This document shows positions 19,694 through 29,847 of a stretch of 42,319 bases of DNA, piece by piece (the stretch's first letter is position 1; each line of letters begins with the position of its first letter). The stretch comes from Bradymonadales bacterium (GTDB lineage: Bacteria; Bdellovibrionota; UBA2394). The notes below the pieces were generated by a model. The model was given only the letters and a program-made list of their open reading frames with translations. It ran no database searches and had not been told where the DNA came from. The translations under genes and the position numbers were made by a program. Location: assembly GCA_007693605.1 (NCBI GenBank), contig REDG01000020.1, positions 1 to 42,319 of the forward strand. The letters are read 5' to 3'.

Positions 19694-20665
19694 ATGAGTC
19701 CAGATTCTCTGAGTCCTATCTTCATGATTCTTGGATTCCTACTTGCGTCTTATTCTGTAGTGGCCAACGACAGCCTGCAAACTCTCGGCACCTTCATCGC
19801 CTCACAGTCTAAAAGAATATCTTGGACCATCCTGTGGATCGCCACCTCTAGCGTGATGGTCGTTGTGCTCCTTTGGAGTTGGTGGTCAAATGACGGCGAC
19901 ATCTCTTACGGAAGACTTCAACGAATCGCGCGGCCAGAGATCTTTCAGTGGTGGCATGCCGCCGCCCCTGCCCTTCTGCTGCTAATGACCCGGGTGGGAA
20001 TTCCTGTTTCGACCACTTTTTTGGTTTTATCAGTCTTTGCCGCCGGCGATCTGCTGCAAGATATGCTTTTCAAAAGCATTCTGGGCTACAGTTGCGCCGC
20101 CGTCTTTGCCTATTGTTTTTGGTGGGTACTCTCTCGCTTTCTGAACGAAAGAGAGCGAATTGAAAACCCCAAAACCGAACGAGCCTGGAGAATCACTCAA
20201 TGGATTGCCACTTCTGCTCTCTGGGCGAGCTGGCTCTCACACGATATGGCCAATGTGGCCGTCTATCTGCCGCGCTCCCTGTCAGTGGGAGAACTGATTT
20301 TCACCCTGGCAGTTCTGACAAGCGGTCTTGCTTATGTCTTTTGGGCAAGGGGCGGAAGTATCCAGAAGGTGGTCTTGGATAAAAGCGGAACTCGTTTCGT
20401 CCGATCGGCCACCATCATCGACTTTGCCTATGCCTTTGTGTTGTATTTCTTTAAAGAGATGAACGACATTCCCATGAGCACCACCTGGGTGTTTGTGGGC
20501 CTCCTTTGTGGTCGAGAATTTGCCGTTTACAGACAGCACGACCCCCAAAAAGTCGTCACCTCTGTTTTTCCAATTGTTGCGAAGGACTTTCTGAAGATCT
20601 TTCTCGGCCTTGCTCTTTCCGTCCTGCTCGTGCTCATTGTGGCAGCCCTCGACAAAAGCGCCTAG
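19694..20665 (+). CDS. Integral membrane protein, distant PiT/PHO4-like transporter
   Basis: About 9-10 TM segments; ANDSLQT...PVSTT and HDMAN...PMSTT form a PiT-like duplicated signature. Confidence 0.65.
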   Translation: MSPDSLSPIFMILGFLLASYSVVANDSLQTLGTFIASQSKRISWTILWIATSSVMVVVLLWSWWSNDGDISYGRLQRIARPEIFQWWHAAAPALLLLMTRVGIPVSTTFLVLSVFAAGDLLQDMLFKSILGYSCAAVFAYCFWWVLSRFLNERERIENPKTERAWRITQWIATSALWASWLSHDMANVAVYLPRSLSVGELIFTLAVLTSGLAYVFWARGGSIQKVVLDKSGTRFVRSATIIDFAYAFVLYFFKEMNDIPMSTTWVFVGLLCGREFAVYRQHDPQKVVTSVFPIVAKDFLKIFLGLALSVLLVLIVAALDKSA

Positions 20666-20790
20666 GCTCTAATCTCGGCCCTTCTCTTTGAGACATGCAC
20701 GACCTGCGCCAGAATCAAATGAATGAGGGCCTTTCAATTTGACCGCTTTGCCCCTTGAATCAAATGGCTTTTCGGGGCATTGTCGCCGCC

Positions 20791-21471
20791 ATGGCAGCCC
20801 TCGATCTTGATTCAGTTCAAAAGGTCTATAATCGATACTCAGGCGTCTACGACTTCTATTTTGGAAAGGTCTTTGAAGAGGGTCGAAAAAAGGCGATTGC
20901 CTCCCTCGACTGTCAGGGCGGAGAAAAAGTTCTTGAAGTGGGGGTCGGAACAGGGCTTTCACTCCCTCTTTACCCCGCTGAAACTGAAGTCTATGGCATT
21001 GATATTTCTTCAGATATGCTCGCCAAAGCGAAGGCTTTGAAGGAAGAGCGGGATCTTCAGAATGTAAAGGTTCTTGAGGTCATGAATGCTCAAGAGATGA
21101 GCTTTCCGGACAACTACTTTGATAAAGTTGTTGCTATGTATGTTGCAACGGTTGTGCCCGATCCTGTTGCTTTTGTGAATGAGGTGAAAAGAGTTTGTAA
21201 ACCCAAGGGACGAATCGTTTTGGTGAATCACTTTCACAATCCCAAAACCCTCTTCGGAAAAGTGGCCAAGCTTTTTGTACCCCTCTCAAGAATGATCGGG
21301 TTTCACCCCAACATCTCTCTCGATCGATTCACCCAAGAGACCGGAGTGAAAGTAGTGTCTAAGGCCCCAGTCAATCTATTCAAGCAGTGGACAGTCTTAG
21401 TGACTGAAAATGATGCCACCTCTTCTGACGAGTCGAAACCTACGACGCCGGTCGATAAAGAATCGAACTGA
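20791..21471 (+). CDS. Class I SAM methyltransferase, phosphatidylethanolamine N-methyltransferase (PmtA-like)
   Basis: VYD.YFG, VLEVGVGTGLSLP.Y, GIDIS..ML, VVAMYV.TVVPDP, VNHF. Confidence 0.8.
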   Translation: MAALDLDSVQKVYNRYSGVYDFYFGKVFEEGRKKAIASLDCQGGEKVLEVGVGTGLSLPLYPAETEVYGIDISSDMLAKAKALKEERDLQNVKVLEVMNAQEMSFPDNYFDKVVAMYVATVVPDPVAFVNEVKRVCKPKGRIVLVNHFHNPKTLFGKVAKLFVPLSRMIGFHPNISLDRFTQETGVKVVSKAPVNLFKQWTVLVTENDATSSDESKPTTPVDKESN

Positions 21472-22666
21472 TAAAACCAAAAATCACTCCAAGAAGAGAA
21501 AGGGCAATGACGAACTCCACGATTCGATCGATGGGGGTTCCCCAATCTAAGAGTCGTCCAAAGATAGGCGTGCTGACCGCAGTAGACAGCACCATCAAGA
21601 AGGCAATGAGACCGCGAAGCGCGCCGAGGTGTTTCACTCCATAGGCCTCGGCCCAAAACGCCGTTCGAGCATTACCTCCGGCCCCTACAGAAACTCCAGC
21701 AAGAAACAGAAAACAGTAGGCGGTCCATTCCATTTCTCCGAAGCGCAAGACAATCAAGCCTAACAAAAACGGAATTCCTACGAAGCCCAACAACGAACGA
21801 CCCGTCCATCGATCAATAGCGTGACCAATACTCAGACCCAGCAAGGACCTCGAGACGCCGAAGAAAATAAAGGCTGTCGCCATGACTCGAATATCCCAAG
21901 ACTTTGCGAGCGCAATTTCAACTTGATAAAAGAAAAGACCCGTCAAAGCGCCAGGCAGAACCAGGGCGGAAGCCATGGCGAAGTAAAACCGGTAGTCCAA
22001 AAGAATCCGTTGCATGGTCCAAACCTTGGCCGCGAGTTCCATCTTTGGAGCCTGTGGCAACGCCCTCCCCTTCACCGGCTTCAACAAAAAGAAGCTGGCG
22101 GGCATATAAAAAACCAGAATCATCGCCGCCAACAAGACCCAGCCAGATCGCCAATCATAGTAAATGAGCCAAGTACTGATGATGATGGGCAGAATGACTT
22201 CGGCCAATGGATAGCCTTGTGTCACCAGGCTCAAGGCTTTTCCTCGGTTCTGCCCAAAACGGCGGGCCACTGCTGTTGAACTAATCACACTCAAAGCGCC
22301 TTGCCCAAAGCATCGAATAAGCAGAAGACCCGCAACGAGGCCCCATACTTCGACCGCAAGACTCATGAGAACGCAGCCAAAGGCCAAAAAGAAGCCCATC
22401 AATAAGCTCAATCGACCGAGATCTGATCGATCCATCAGTCGGCCAATCAAGGGCAAGACGAGGCTTCCCCCAAGGGTTGCAACAAAGTAGAGGTCGCCCA
22501 CCTGCGAAGAACTCAGACGAAGATCCGATTGAATTCCCGGCAGGAAAAAAGAAATCAGATAACTCTGGCCAGGTCCTGTGAAGAAAGTGGCCAAAAGCCC
22601 AAACAAGATGAGGCGAGGATCGTCCCGAAAAGTTTTCCAAAGATCGGTGTGGTAGGTCTTCATCAT
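21440..22666 (-). CDS. MFS transporter
   Basis: About 12 TM segments; GPGQSY, GRLMDR, RGKALS motifs. Confidence 0.9.
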   Translation of the reverse strand: MMKTYHTDLWKTFRDDPRLILFGLLATFFTGPGQSYLISFFLPGIQSDLRLSSSQVGDLYFVATLGGSLVLPLIGRLMDRSDLGRLSLLMGFFLAFGCVLMSLAVEVWGLVAGLLLIRCFGQGALSVISSTAVARRFGQNRGKALSLVTQGYPLAEVILPIIISTWLIYYDWRSGWVLLAAMILVFYMPASFFLLKPVKGRALPQAPKMELAAKVWTMQRILLDYRFYFAMASALVLPGALTGLFFYQVEIALAKSWDIRVMATAFIFFGVSRSLLGLSIGHAIDRWTGRSLLGFVGIPFLLGLIVLRFGEMEWTAYCFLFLAGVSVGAGGNARTAFWAEAYGVKHLGALRGLIAFLMVLSTAVSTPIFGRLLDWGTPIDRIVEFVIALSLLGVIFGFISSILYRPAS

Positions 22667-22738
22667 CTAGTTTTCACTTGGCCTTGATTCGAAGCAAAAG
22701 CTTGATTCACAACATGAAAAAATCTTCCGTTTGGACCA

Positions 22739-23536
22739 CTAGGGGGCCTTCATTTTTTCAATGGAGGCTTTAATGTCCTGGACTTCACGAAGGAGCCTTA
22801 TGCGCTCTTCTCGCCCAATCTCGTCTCTCTCTTTTGCTGCAGTCTCTGTTTCGGGCTGAAGAGACGTCACCAGAACGGCGATCAAAAGATTCAAGGTGGT
22901 AAAGGTCGTGATTAGAATGAAGGGAATAAAAAAGGCCCAAGCATAAGGATAGTGGCCCATCACCGGCCTCACAATTCCCATCGACCAACTCTCTAGGGTC
23001 ATGATTTGAAAAAGACTGAATGAGCTTCGACCGACCGTTCCAAACCACTCAGGAAAGCTTTCTCCAAAAAGTTTGGTGGCCATCACGGAGCCCACATAGA
23101 ATAGAAGTAAGAGAACACAGCTGACGGCCCCCAAGCCGGGCAGGGAACTAAGAAGGCCTGACACCACTCGACGAAGTGCCGGAACAATGGTGATCAGCCG
23201 AAGGGCTCTCAAGATCCGAAAGGCCCGAAGCACAGAGAGAGGCCCGGCGGTTGGAATCCAGGCGATCGCGACGATACAAAAATCAAACAAATTCCAGGGG
23301 TCTCGATAGAATCGCCAGCGGTAGGCATAGAGTTTCATGGCAATCTCTAGACTGAAAATGCTCAAAAATACTCGATCCAGAAAGAGCAGCTGATCTCCCA
23401 TTCTACTCATCAAAGATTGGGAGGTCTCTAGCCCAAGCGTAACGGAGTTCAGAAGAATGAAAATCAGCACACTGCCCTCAAAATAGCGAGAGCTCAGAAT
23501 GACTTTCAGTTTTTCCTTCGTCGATCCCATCGGCAA
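22739..23536 (-). CDS. Bacterial voltage-gated sodium channel (BacNaV)
   Basis: WNLFDF, S4 segment LRAFRILRALRL, selectivity filter TLESWSMG, C-terminal coiled coil. Confidence 0.93.
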   Translation of the reverse strand: MPMGSTKEKLKVILSSRYFEGSVLIFILLNSVTLGLETSQSLMSRMGDQLLFLDRVFLSIFSLEIAMKLYAYRWRFYRDPWNLFDFCIVAIAWIPTAGPLSVLRAFRILRALRLITIVPALRRVVSGLLSSLPGLGAVSCVLLLLFYVGSVMATKLFGESFPEWFGTVGRSSFSLFQIMTLESWSMGIVRPVMGHYPYAWAFFIPFILITTFTTLNLLIAVLVTSLQPETETAAKERDEIGREERIRLLREVQDIKASIEKMKAP

Positions 23537-23701
23537 GACTTAGTTAAGCGAATCTCTGCCCAATCGGAAAGCAGGTAAATCAGATTTTCTTTTGTTTTTA
23601 AAAAATAATCAGCCCTTCCAGGCCGTTTGCTAGCCAAGAATGACTTTCAAAAAGCGCTTTCTATGAAGGCTGGCCTCCTCCCCTTCACTGTCACAAAGAA
23701 G

Positions 23702-24037
23702 TTAAACCAACTCTGCCTCCCAAATTCGCCGTTGATTATTGTGCTGCCGGCAGAGCAGCCGAAGATTGGGAGCATTGGAATCCCCACCCTTCGAAAACTC
23801 CATAATATGATCCCACTCCAGCCCAAAATTCGAACCACACGACCTACCCGATCCGGGCTCCACAAAAACACAAGTCCCCTCATCTCTCTTCCAAACCTCC
23901 GCACGAACTGATTTTGGAATATGACGGCTTCTTTTGATTTCTGCGGAACAAAGAACTTCCGTAGCGGTAGCCGTTCTCTGGCGATCACTTTCCCGAGTCT
24001 CAAATTCGATGCCCTGCAGTTGAAAAAATGAACGGGC
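23702..24037 (-). pseudogene. HNH endonuclease C-terminal fragment without an ATG/GTG/TTG start upstream of the domain
   Basis: Manual translation gives SRHIPKSVRAEVWKRDEGTCVFVEPGSGRSCGSNFGLEWDHIMEFSKGGDSNAPNLRLLCRQHNNQRRIW. The frame is bounded by TAA at 24040-24038. Confidence 0.8.
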
Positions 24038-24390
24038 TTAAAGTTATGGGAGTCTAAACTTTCATTTTTTAGAAAACACGGCCCGCGAGCGAATTTAAGA
24101 CCAAAGCCAATTCCGCTGCGGAAGTGAACTGCGGGCAGAAACTGATCAATGAAGCCCATATGCAACAAACAAAGAGAATGAGTCTTCGAAAAACTCACTT
24201 TCATTTTTGGGGGGTATGAAACGACTGTGGAAACATTCTTGGGATTTGCAATGGTATAGACGAAGCCAAGAAAAGCTTTGATGGCAAAAATTGTCTTTCT
24301 AAGGTTCGGTGGTCAAAATTGGGCCGAACAGTCTGGCAAAATTGCCACGAGTTAGGGCTCAGGGGCCCAAAATCTCAGGCTTTTTTCAGG

Positions 24391-24406
24391 CGGTCCCGAT
24401 TTTGCA
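24391..24406 (+). promoter_or_regulatory. Possible sigma-54 promoter
   Basis: CGGTCCCGATTTTGCA (GG-N10-GC) 20 bp before the ATG at 24426; weaker -24 match. Confidence 0.35.
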
Positions 24407-24425
24407 GTTCTACTCAAGCATAGAG

Positions 24426-25625
24426 ATGAACCATTCATTTGAAAGCTCTAAGCTTCAGGATTTTCGAGACCAAGTGCTTCTTGGCTCTCGACTCTTTTGG
24501 CTAGGTCTCTTTGCATTCATTTTTCTTTCAGCTTGCGCTGCAGATCCAATCTTGAGCCCTATTGGATCTCAGAGTCTAGGAGGGCTCGGAAGTGATCCCG
24601 AAAGCACGCCCTCCCCCGATCAAGATCCCCTAGGCAATCCGGGGCCTTATGGGGAAAATCCAGAAGCCCCCTTTGTTCCTCCAGGGGGTTCAGGCTCCGA
24701 GGGCTCTGACTCTGAAGAAGAGGGACAAGGCGAGCCAGCCGGTGAGAGCGGCGGTTCCGATTCATCGGGAGGAACTTCCGGCGGAGATGGTGAAGATTCA
24801 CAACCCGCTGGGTCCGGAGCCGGCGAGGAAGCTTCTAGTAATCCGGTTTGTGACCCCTTAACCAGCGGCTCTCAAGACTCAAGCTCAGATCTGCAGGCGG
24901 GAATTCGAGGAGAAATTTCTTACATCAATTCAGCCGCTCAGCAGGTTTATGATTTTTGGACTTATGATCTGGCAACGGATCGCTATCTGCCGGCAAACAG
25001 TGTCGACGGAACAGTCTATATGCCTAAATTCGATGTGCCCACTCGGCCGTTTAGCATGGGCTTTGTACCTTCAGGATCTTCGGAAGCCCTTAAGAAGGAT
25101 GACGGAAATCCTCTGGTAGAAAATTTTAGTCTTCGATTTGAGAGTCTACTGATCTTGCCAGAGAATTATCCTGAAGGCCGTTATGAGATTGCCATCCTCT
25201 CTGATGATGGAAGCATTCTGTATTTGAACGGTCAGAGCGTCATTGATAACGACGGCAATCACCCGACTCGCATGGGCTGCCAGCCAGCCGGTGCAAGCCC
25301 ACTTCATTTAACTCAAAACAGCGAATTGGAACTGGAACTTCTGTACTATCAAGGGCCCCGATACCATATTGCCTTAGTGGTGATGTGGAGGCTTCTCTCT
25401 GAAGATGAAACGGCCGGACATGATTCTCAATGTGGCAAGACCGGCAACCACACTTGGTTCAACCCAGACTCTAACCCGATCCAACCCACCAGCAATTATT
25501 TGAAGCTTTTGAGTGACGGTTGGGAAGTCATCCCACCTTCAGCCTTTCGACTGAAGAATTCAGAGCTCAACCCTTGCGCGCCCGGCTCAGATGAGCCGGA
25601 TGCCACTGGAGGTTCCCCCGGTTGA
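24426..25625 (+). CDS. PA14-domain lipoprotein
   Basis: Lipobox FLSAC, long G/S/E/D/P linker, PA14 motifs ENFSLRF, LSDDGS.L, DNDGNH, YYQG. Confidence 0.85.
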   Translation: MNHSFESSKLQDFRDQVLLGSRLFWLGLFAFIFLSACAADPILSPIGSQSLGGLGSDPESTPSPDQDPLGNPGPYGENPEAPFVPPGGSGSEGSDSEEEGQGEPAGESGGSDSSGGTSGGDGEDSQPAGSGAGEEASSNPVCDPLTSGSQDSSSDLQAGIRGEISYINSAAQQVYDFWTYDLATDRYLPANSVDGTVYMPKFDVPTRPFSMGFVPSGSSEALKKDDGNPLVENFSLRFESLLILPENYPEGRYEIAILSDDGSILYLNGQSVIDNDGNHPTRMGCQPAGASPLHLTQNSELELELLYYQGPRYHIALVVMWRLLSEDETAGHDSQCGKTGNHTWFNPDSNPIQPTSNYLKLLSDGWEVIPPSAFRLKNSELNPCAPGSDEPDATGGSPG

Positions 25626-25719
25626 TCTTCATTAGATCTTTGCCTTTAGCGACACTCTCTTTCTGATTTCCCATTGCTGATGAGCCTGCTAGCCTACCCC
25701 TAAATGCGGCCTGGGGTAA

Positions 25720-27075
25720 TTGATGGCGAGTGACACCATAGGGGCAGATCCCCACGAGGGAGAAGAGTCTCTGTGGTACAAGGTTTACTTGCGGCCTCAG
25801 ATGCTTCTCTTGCTTTGCCTTGGCTTCGCCAGCGGCCTTCCCTCACCCCTGATTTTTTCGAATCTTTCGATCTGGCTTCGCTCCGTAGATGTGAGCCGAA
25901 CGGATATTGGCTACTTTGCTTTTGCTACCACTCCCCTCGCACTCAACTTTCTGTGGGCCCCCTTTGTGGATCACCTTCGTCTTCCCTTTTTTTCAAAGAC
26001 ATTCGGTCAGAGAAGGGGCTGGGCAATTTTTGTCCAGAGCCTCGTGATGATTGCCATTCTCCTTTTGAGCTTTTCTGATCCGACCAGCAATCTTGCAAGA
26101 ATGGCCATACTTGTCATTTTTCTGTCCTTTTGCTCCGCCACTCTCGATGTGGTGCTAGATGCTTTTCGGGTGGAGCTTCTAAAACTCTCGGAGCAAGGCG
26201 CGGGAGCTTCTGTTTATATTGCCGGTTGGTATCTTGGCGGCATGTTGATTGGAGGGGCCGTCGGCCTCATGCTTGCCGAGAGATTTGGTTGGAATGCGGC
26301 CTACCTCCTTCTCGCCATGGCTGGCAGTGTTGGCCTTCTTGCTGTGCTTTTCAGTCCGGAACCCAAAGAACTCGTGGCCCAAAGAGCAGAGGCAGAATCA
26401 AGGCGCACGCCCGAGGCTCGAGGGTGGGAGGCCATTGAAGAGTGGATTGAGATGAGCGTGATCGAGCCCTTTCGCGAATTCATGAAACGGGATTATTGGC
26501 TGCTGATTTTGAGTTTTGTATTTGTCTTTCGATTGGGTGACGCCCTCTTAGGGCGGATGTCTGGGGTCTTTTATCGAGATATGGGTTTTAGTCTCACGGA
26601 AATTGCGACCGTGAGTAAAGTTTACGGATTGACGGCCACTTTAGTGGGGATCGTTTTGGGGGGAATCCTCGCCACTCGCATCGGGGTCTTGAAGGCCCTG
26701 TTTGTTTCAGGTCTTGCGACCGCTCTCACAAACTTGACTTACTCATGGCTCGCCATGGCCGGCCATGATATGGGGGTCTTCATTTTTGCCGTCGTCTCCG
26801 ATAATTTTACAAGTGGCCTCGTGAATGTGGCTTTTGTCGCCTATCTCTCAAGCCTCTGCAATGTGGCTTTTACGGCCACTCAGTATGCTCTTTTGGCCAG
26901 TCTGGGCAATCTATCTCGAATTCTTTTCTCTGGCGTCAGCGGGTGGATGGTGGACTCACTTCACGGCAGCTGGGCCTTCTTCTTTTGGATTACGGCCATC
27001 GTCGCTCTAGCTGGCCTGCCCCTGCTTCTCGTTCTGATGAGAAAGATTCCCCAAATTAACCCGACCCGAGCTTGA
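25720..27075 (+). CDS. ampG: AmpG-family muropeptide MFS permease
   Basis: LGFASGLP, FLWAP.VD, GQRRGW, ATLDVVLDAFRVE, FTATQYALL. Confidence 0.88.
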   Translation: MMASDTIGADPHEGEESLWYKVYLRPQMLLLLCLGFASGLPSPLIFSNLSIWLRSVDVSRTDIGYFAFATTPLALNFLWAPFVDHLRLPFFSKTFGQRRGWAIFVQSLVMIAILLLSFSDPTSNLARMAILVIFLSFCSATLDVVLDAFRVELLKLSEQGAGASVYIAGWYLGGMLIGGAVGLMLAERFGWNAAYLLLAMAGSVGLLAVLFSPEPKELVAQRAEAESRRTPEARGWEAIEEWIEMSVIEPFREFMKRDYWLLILSFVFVFRLGDALLGRMSGVFYRDMGFSLTEIATVSKVYGLTATLVGIVLGGILATRIGVLKALFVSGLATALTNLTYSWLAMAGHDMGVFIFAVVSDNFTSGLVNVAFVAYLSSLCNVAFTATQYALLASLGNLSRILFSGVSGWMVDSLHGSWAFFFWITAIVALAGLPLLLVLMRKIPQINPTRA

Positions 27076-27170
27076 AGTTTTGTGCTTGACCCGCTCTCCG
27101 GCGCTCGGGCAATCTCCGTTGGAGGCCTTAGTAAGGGCGTTTCTGTCACCCAAAATATGTAGGAGCTTTC

Positions 27171-27992
27171 GTGAAGAAACTAAGTGTTTTGATTTTCGCA
27201 GGAATAATTTCATGGACCAACTTCGAACCCGTCGCATCCGCTTCAGGAAGCTGCGGAGACGGGTTCAAGGCGCTGTCTGTGAGAACAGCAAATCCTGAAA
27301 GCTTGGGAGTGCGGGCGCCTTTGAGTGCTGGACTCCTAGTTCAACACTGGTTGATGGTCTTCGGTGGGGTTGTCATCAATCCCTATGAGTTGAGGCCTTG
27401 GCCCGTTTCAGTGAAGGTTTATCAAGACAAAAGATACTTGGATAATATCCCAGGTGCGGTCTGGCGCTTGGATTACCGAAGAGATCGGAGAAGGGATAAA
27501 AGAAACTTTGATCGTCTGCCCTTCCAACCTGTGATCCAGATATTTTCGGGCGACCAGATTTTGGTGGGAGGCTCTCATCAGGTTCAGGAGGATTCATCCG
27601 TTCTCGCTTTTCGGGTGAGACCTAAAGAGGGTCGATGGAAGGATCTGCCAAGCACTTATATCTCAGCACAAGAAATCGATATACTGTCGCGTTGGCTGAG
27701 GGACAAGAGCTCTTATCTCTTTGCTCCACAAGGGGATGTTAGAGATACACTCCTCGTCACGCAGGTGCAACTCTTGCAGTCACCAGGAGAGGGCCCAAAC
27801 AATTTGTTTCTAGAAAACCTTTCGGATGTTCCAGAAAATAGCTTGTTGTTTCAAGTAGATCTAGCGAACACCTTAGCTGGCTCCCACACGCTTTACCAAA
27901 GCGTTGCGGTCAGAGTTATTCTTCTAGAACTCGAGGATGGCACGAAGTATCCTGTCATTATTGGCATAAGACCGATGCCCCGCCACTTTTGA
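27171..27992 (+). CDS. Hypothetical secreted protein
   Basis: GTG start after AGGAG, signal peptide, no recognised domain. Confidence 0.7.
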   Translation: MKKLSVLIFAGIISWTNFEPVASASGSCGDGFKALSVRTANPESLGVRAPLSAGLLVQHWLMVFGGVVINPYELRPWPVSVKVYQDKRYLDNIPGAVWRLDYRRDRRRDKRNFDRLPFQPVIQIFSGDQILVGGSHQVQEDSSVLAFRVRPKEGRWKDLPSTYISAQEIDILSRWLRDKSSYLFAPQGDVRDTLLVTQVQLLQSPGEGPNNLFLENLSDVPENSLLFQVDLANTLAGSHTLYQSVAVRVILLELEDGTKYPVIIGIRPMPRHF

Positions 27993-28027
27993 GCCCCAAC
28001 AAAAGGGGATCAAAAGATGACGGCAAA

Positions 28028-29818
28028 TCATTCTGCGATCGCTCGACCTTGGCCGCGAGGATCAGACACCGCCTTGAGAGCTTGGCCGTCGTGTTCGACA
28101 GCTTGAATGCTGCAACCTAAGTTTGCTTCCTTTATGTCGTAGCCCATTTCTTGCAGGTTCGATGCCAAGGGCTCAGGAAAGCCCGGCGCTTCGACACTGA
28201 TCTGATCGGGCCTCCATTGATGATGATAACGAAGCGTTTTCTGAGCTTCCTCGAGGCTCATGCCATACTCATATCGATTCAAGAGGGTTTGAAACACGCA
28301 GCTAATAATGCGAGTTCCGGCAGGGCTCCCCAAAGCCATTTCAGCGCGGCCAGTGTCAGGATTCAGCACAATGGTCGGCGACATACTGCTGAGTGGCCGT
28401 TTTCTTGGTTCAATCTTGTTGGGCTCCCCGCCAATTGCTCCGAAAAGATTTGAGGCTCCAAGCTTGGTCGTAAAATCATCCATTTCGTTGTTCAGAACAA
28501 TTCCAGTCGACTCTACGACCACACCCGATCCGAACCAGCCGTTGATCGTCTGTGTGGAAGCCACCGCACTTCCGTCAGCGGTGATCAAGCTGAAGTGCGT
28601 CGTCTCATCACTCTCTCTTGGCTCGGCTCGCCATTTTGATTGCACCTCATCGGAAGCTCGAAAGGAGTTTTGAGAAATGATTTGCCAAGTTCTTTGCGCA
28701 TAATCTCGACTTATCAGTTCAGTGAGGGGAACCCGCACGAAGTCCGGATCGCCCATGGCGCTTGCGCGGTCAGAAAAAGCCTGCTGCATACTTGCAACCG
28801 TCCTGGCGACATTCAAAGAATCTGCATTGCCTCGCTCAGCCAAACTCCCAAAAGAGAGCGCCTGAAGCATTTGAATGATATGCGCGCCCCCTGAGCTTGG
28901 CGGTGGCATCGAGTAAATCTTTCTCCCGTGAACGAGGGCCTCCACAGCCACTCGTCGCTTCACTTCATAAGCTTCAAAGTCGGCTCGATCCACTAGACCC
29001 CCAGCCTGAGCAAAGGCATCCAGAATGGCTTGGCCCACCCAAGACCGATAGAAGCCGTCTCGGCCCTTCGCCTGAATCTCTCTCAAGACTCGCCCAAGAT
29101 CTCTTTGAACCAAAAGATCTCCTTCTCGAAGCGGTTCTCCCTCTCGATGAAAGAAAATCTTGCGAGCCCCCGGGCTTTTCCAAAGAACAGAAGCCCTCCA
29201 GTCCAGTGCGCCCTCAAGGTGGTCGTAGACTGCGAAACCTTCTTCCGCCAGCTTAATCGCGGGCTCTAGAACTTCAGCCCAAGGCAGCTTGCCAAAGTCT
29301 CGGTGGATTTCATACAGACCCGCAACCAAGCCCGGCACCCCAACCGCCAGAATCCCGTCTCGCGAAAGATCGGGAACGAGCTCGCCCGAGCGGTTCAAAT
29401 ACATTTGGGAAAAAGATCGAAGGGGGGCTACTTCTCGAAAGTCGAAGGTATGCAACTCGCCCGTCGATGCATCATAAAAAAGCAAAAAGCCCCCTCCACC
29501 CAAACCCGTTGACTGAGGCCTCTCGACAGAGACCGCAAAAGACATCGCGACAGCGGCGTCCACAATATTTCCTCCTCGTTTCAACATCTCAGCACCCGCC
29601 TCAGAAGTGCCAGAGCCTTGAGAAGCAATGGCGAAACTTCTACCCTCAGCACGATGAGTTTCTGGAATCTCGCTCACTGCCCATGGCAGGCTCTGCGAAG
29701 GCTCCAAATGGATGGCATCGGAATGCTCAACTTGGTGTCGAGCGCAAGAACTGACGATCAGGATGAGAAAGCAGAACTTTACAAACGCGCCAAACTTGAG
29801 GGAAGGGGTATGTCCCAT
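28028..29818 (-). CDS. ggt: Gamma-glutamyltransferase
   Basis: GGNIVDAAVA, FDFREVAP, PPPSSGG, nucleophile ETTHFS, LNNEMDDF, RPLSSMSP; lipobox-like IVSSC. Confidence 0.95.
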   Translation of the reverse strand: MGHTPSLKFGAFVKFCFLILIVSSCARHQVEHSDAIHLEPSQSLPWAVSEIPETHRAEGRSFAIASQGSGTSEAGAEMLKRGGNIVDAAVAMSFAVSVERPQSTGLGGGGFLLFYDASTGELHTFDFREVAPLRSFSQMYLNRSGELVPDLSRDGILAVGVPGLVAGLYEIHRDFGKLPWAEVLEPAIKLAEEGFAVYDHLEGALDWRASVLWKSPGARKIFFHREGEPLREGDLLVQRDLGRVLREIQAKGRDGFYRSWVGQAILDAFAQAGGLVDRADFEAYEVKRRVAVEALVHGRKIYSMPPPSSGGAHIIQMLQALSFGSLAERGNADSLNVARTVASMQQAFSDRASAMGDPDFVRVPLTELISRDYAQRTWQIISQNSFRASDEVQSKWRAEPRESDETTHFSLITADGSAVASTQTINGWFGSGVVVESTGIVLNNEMDDFTTKLGASNLFGAIGGEPNKIEPRKRPLSSMSPTIVLNPDTGRAEMALGSPAGTRIISCVFQTLLNRYEYGMSLEEAQKTLRYHHQWRPDQISVEAPGFPEPLASNLQEMGYDIKEANLGCSIQAVEHDGQALKAVSDPRGQGRAIAE

Positions 29819-29847
29819 GATGGAGTCCTTTCAGAAGTTTGTTTTAT

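Noticed and set aside
23647..24204. 185-aa minus-strand ORF (and + strand ORF 23627-23911) in the track
   Set aside because: No recognisable motifs; these overlap the HNH-coding frame 24037-23702 and are best explained as shadows of it.
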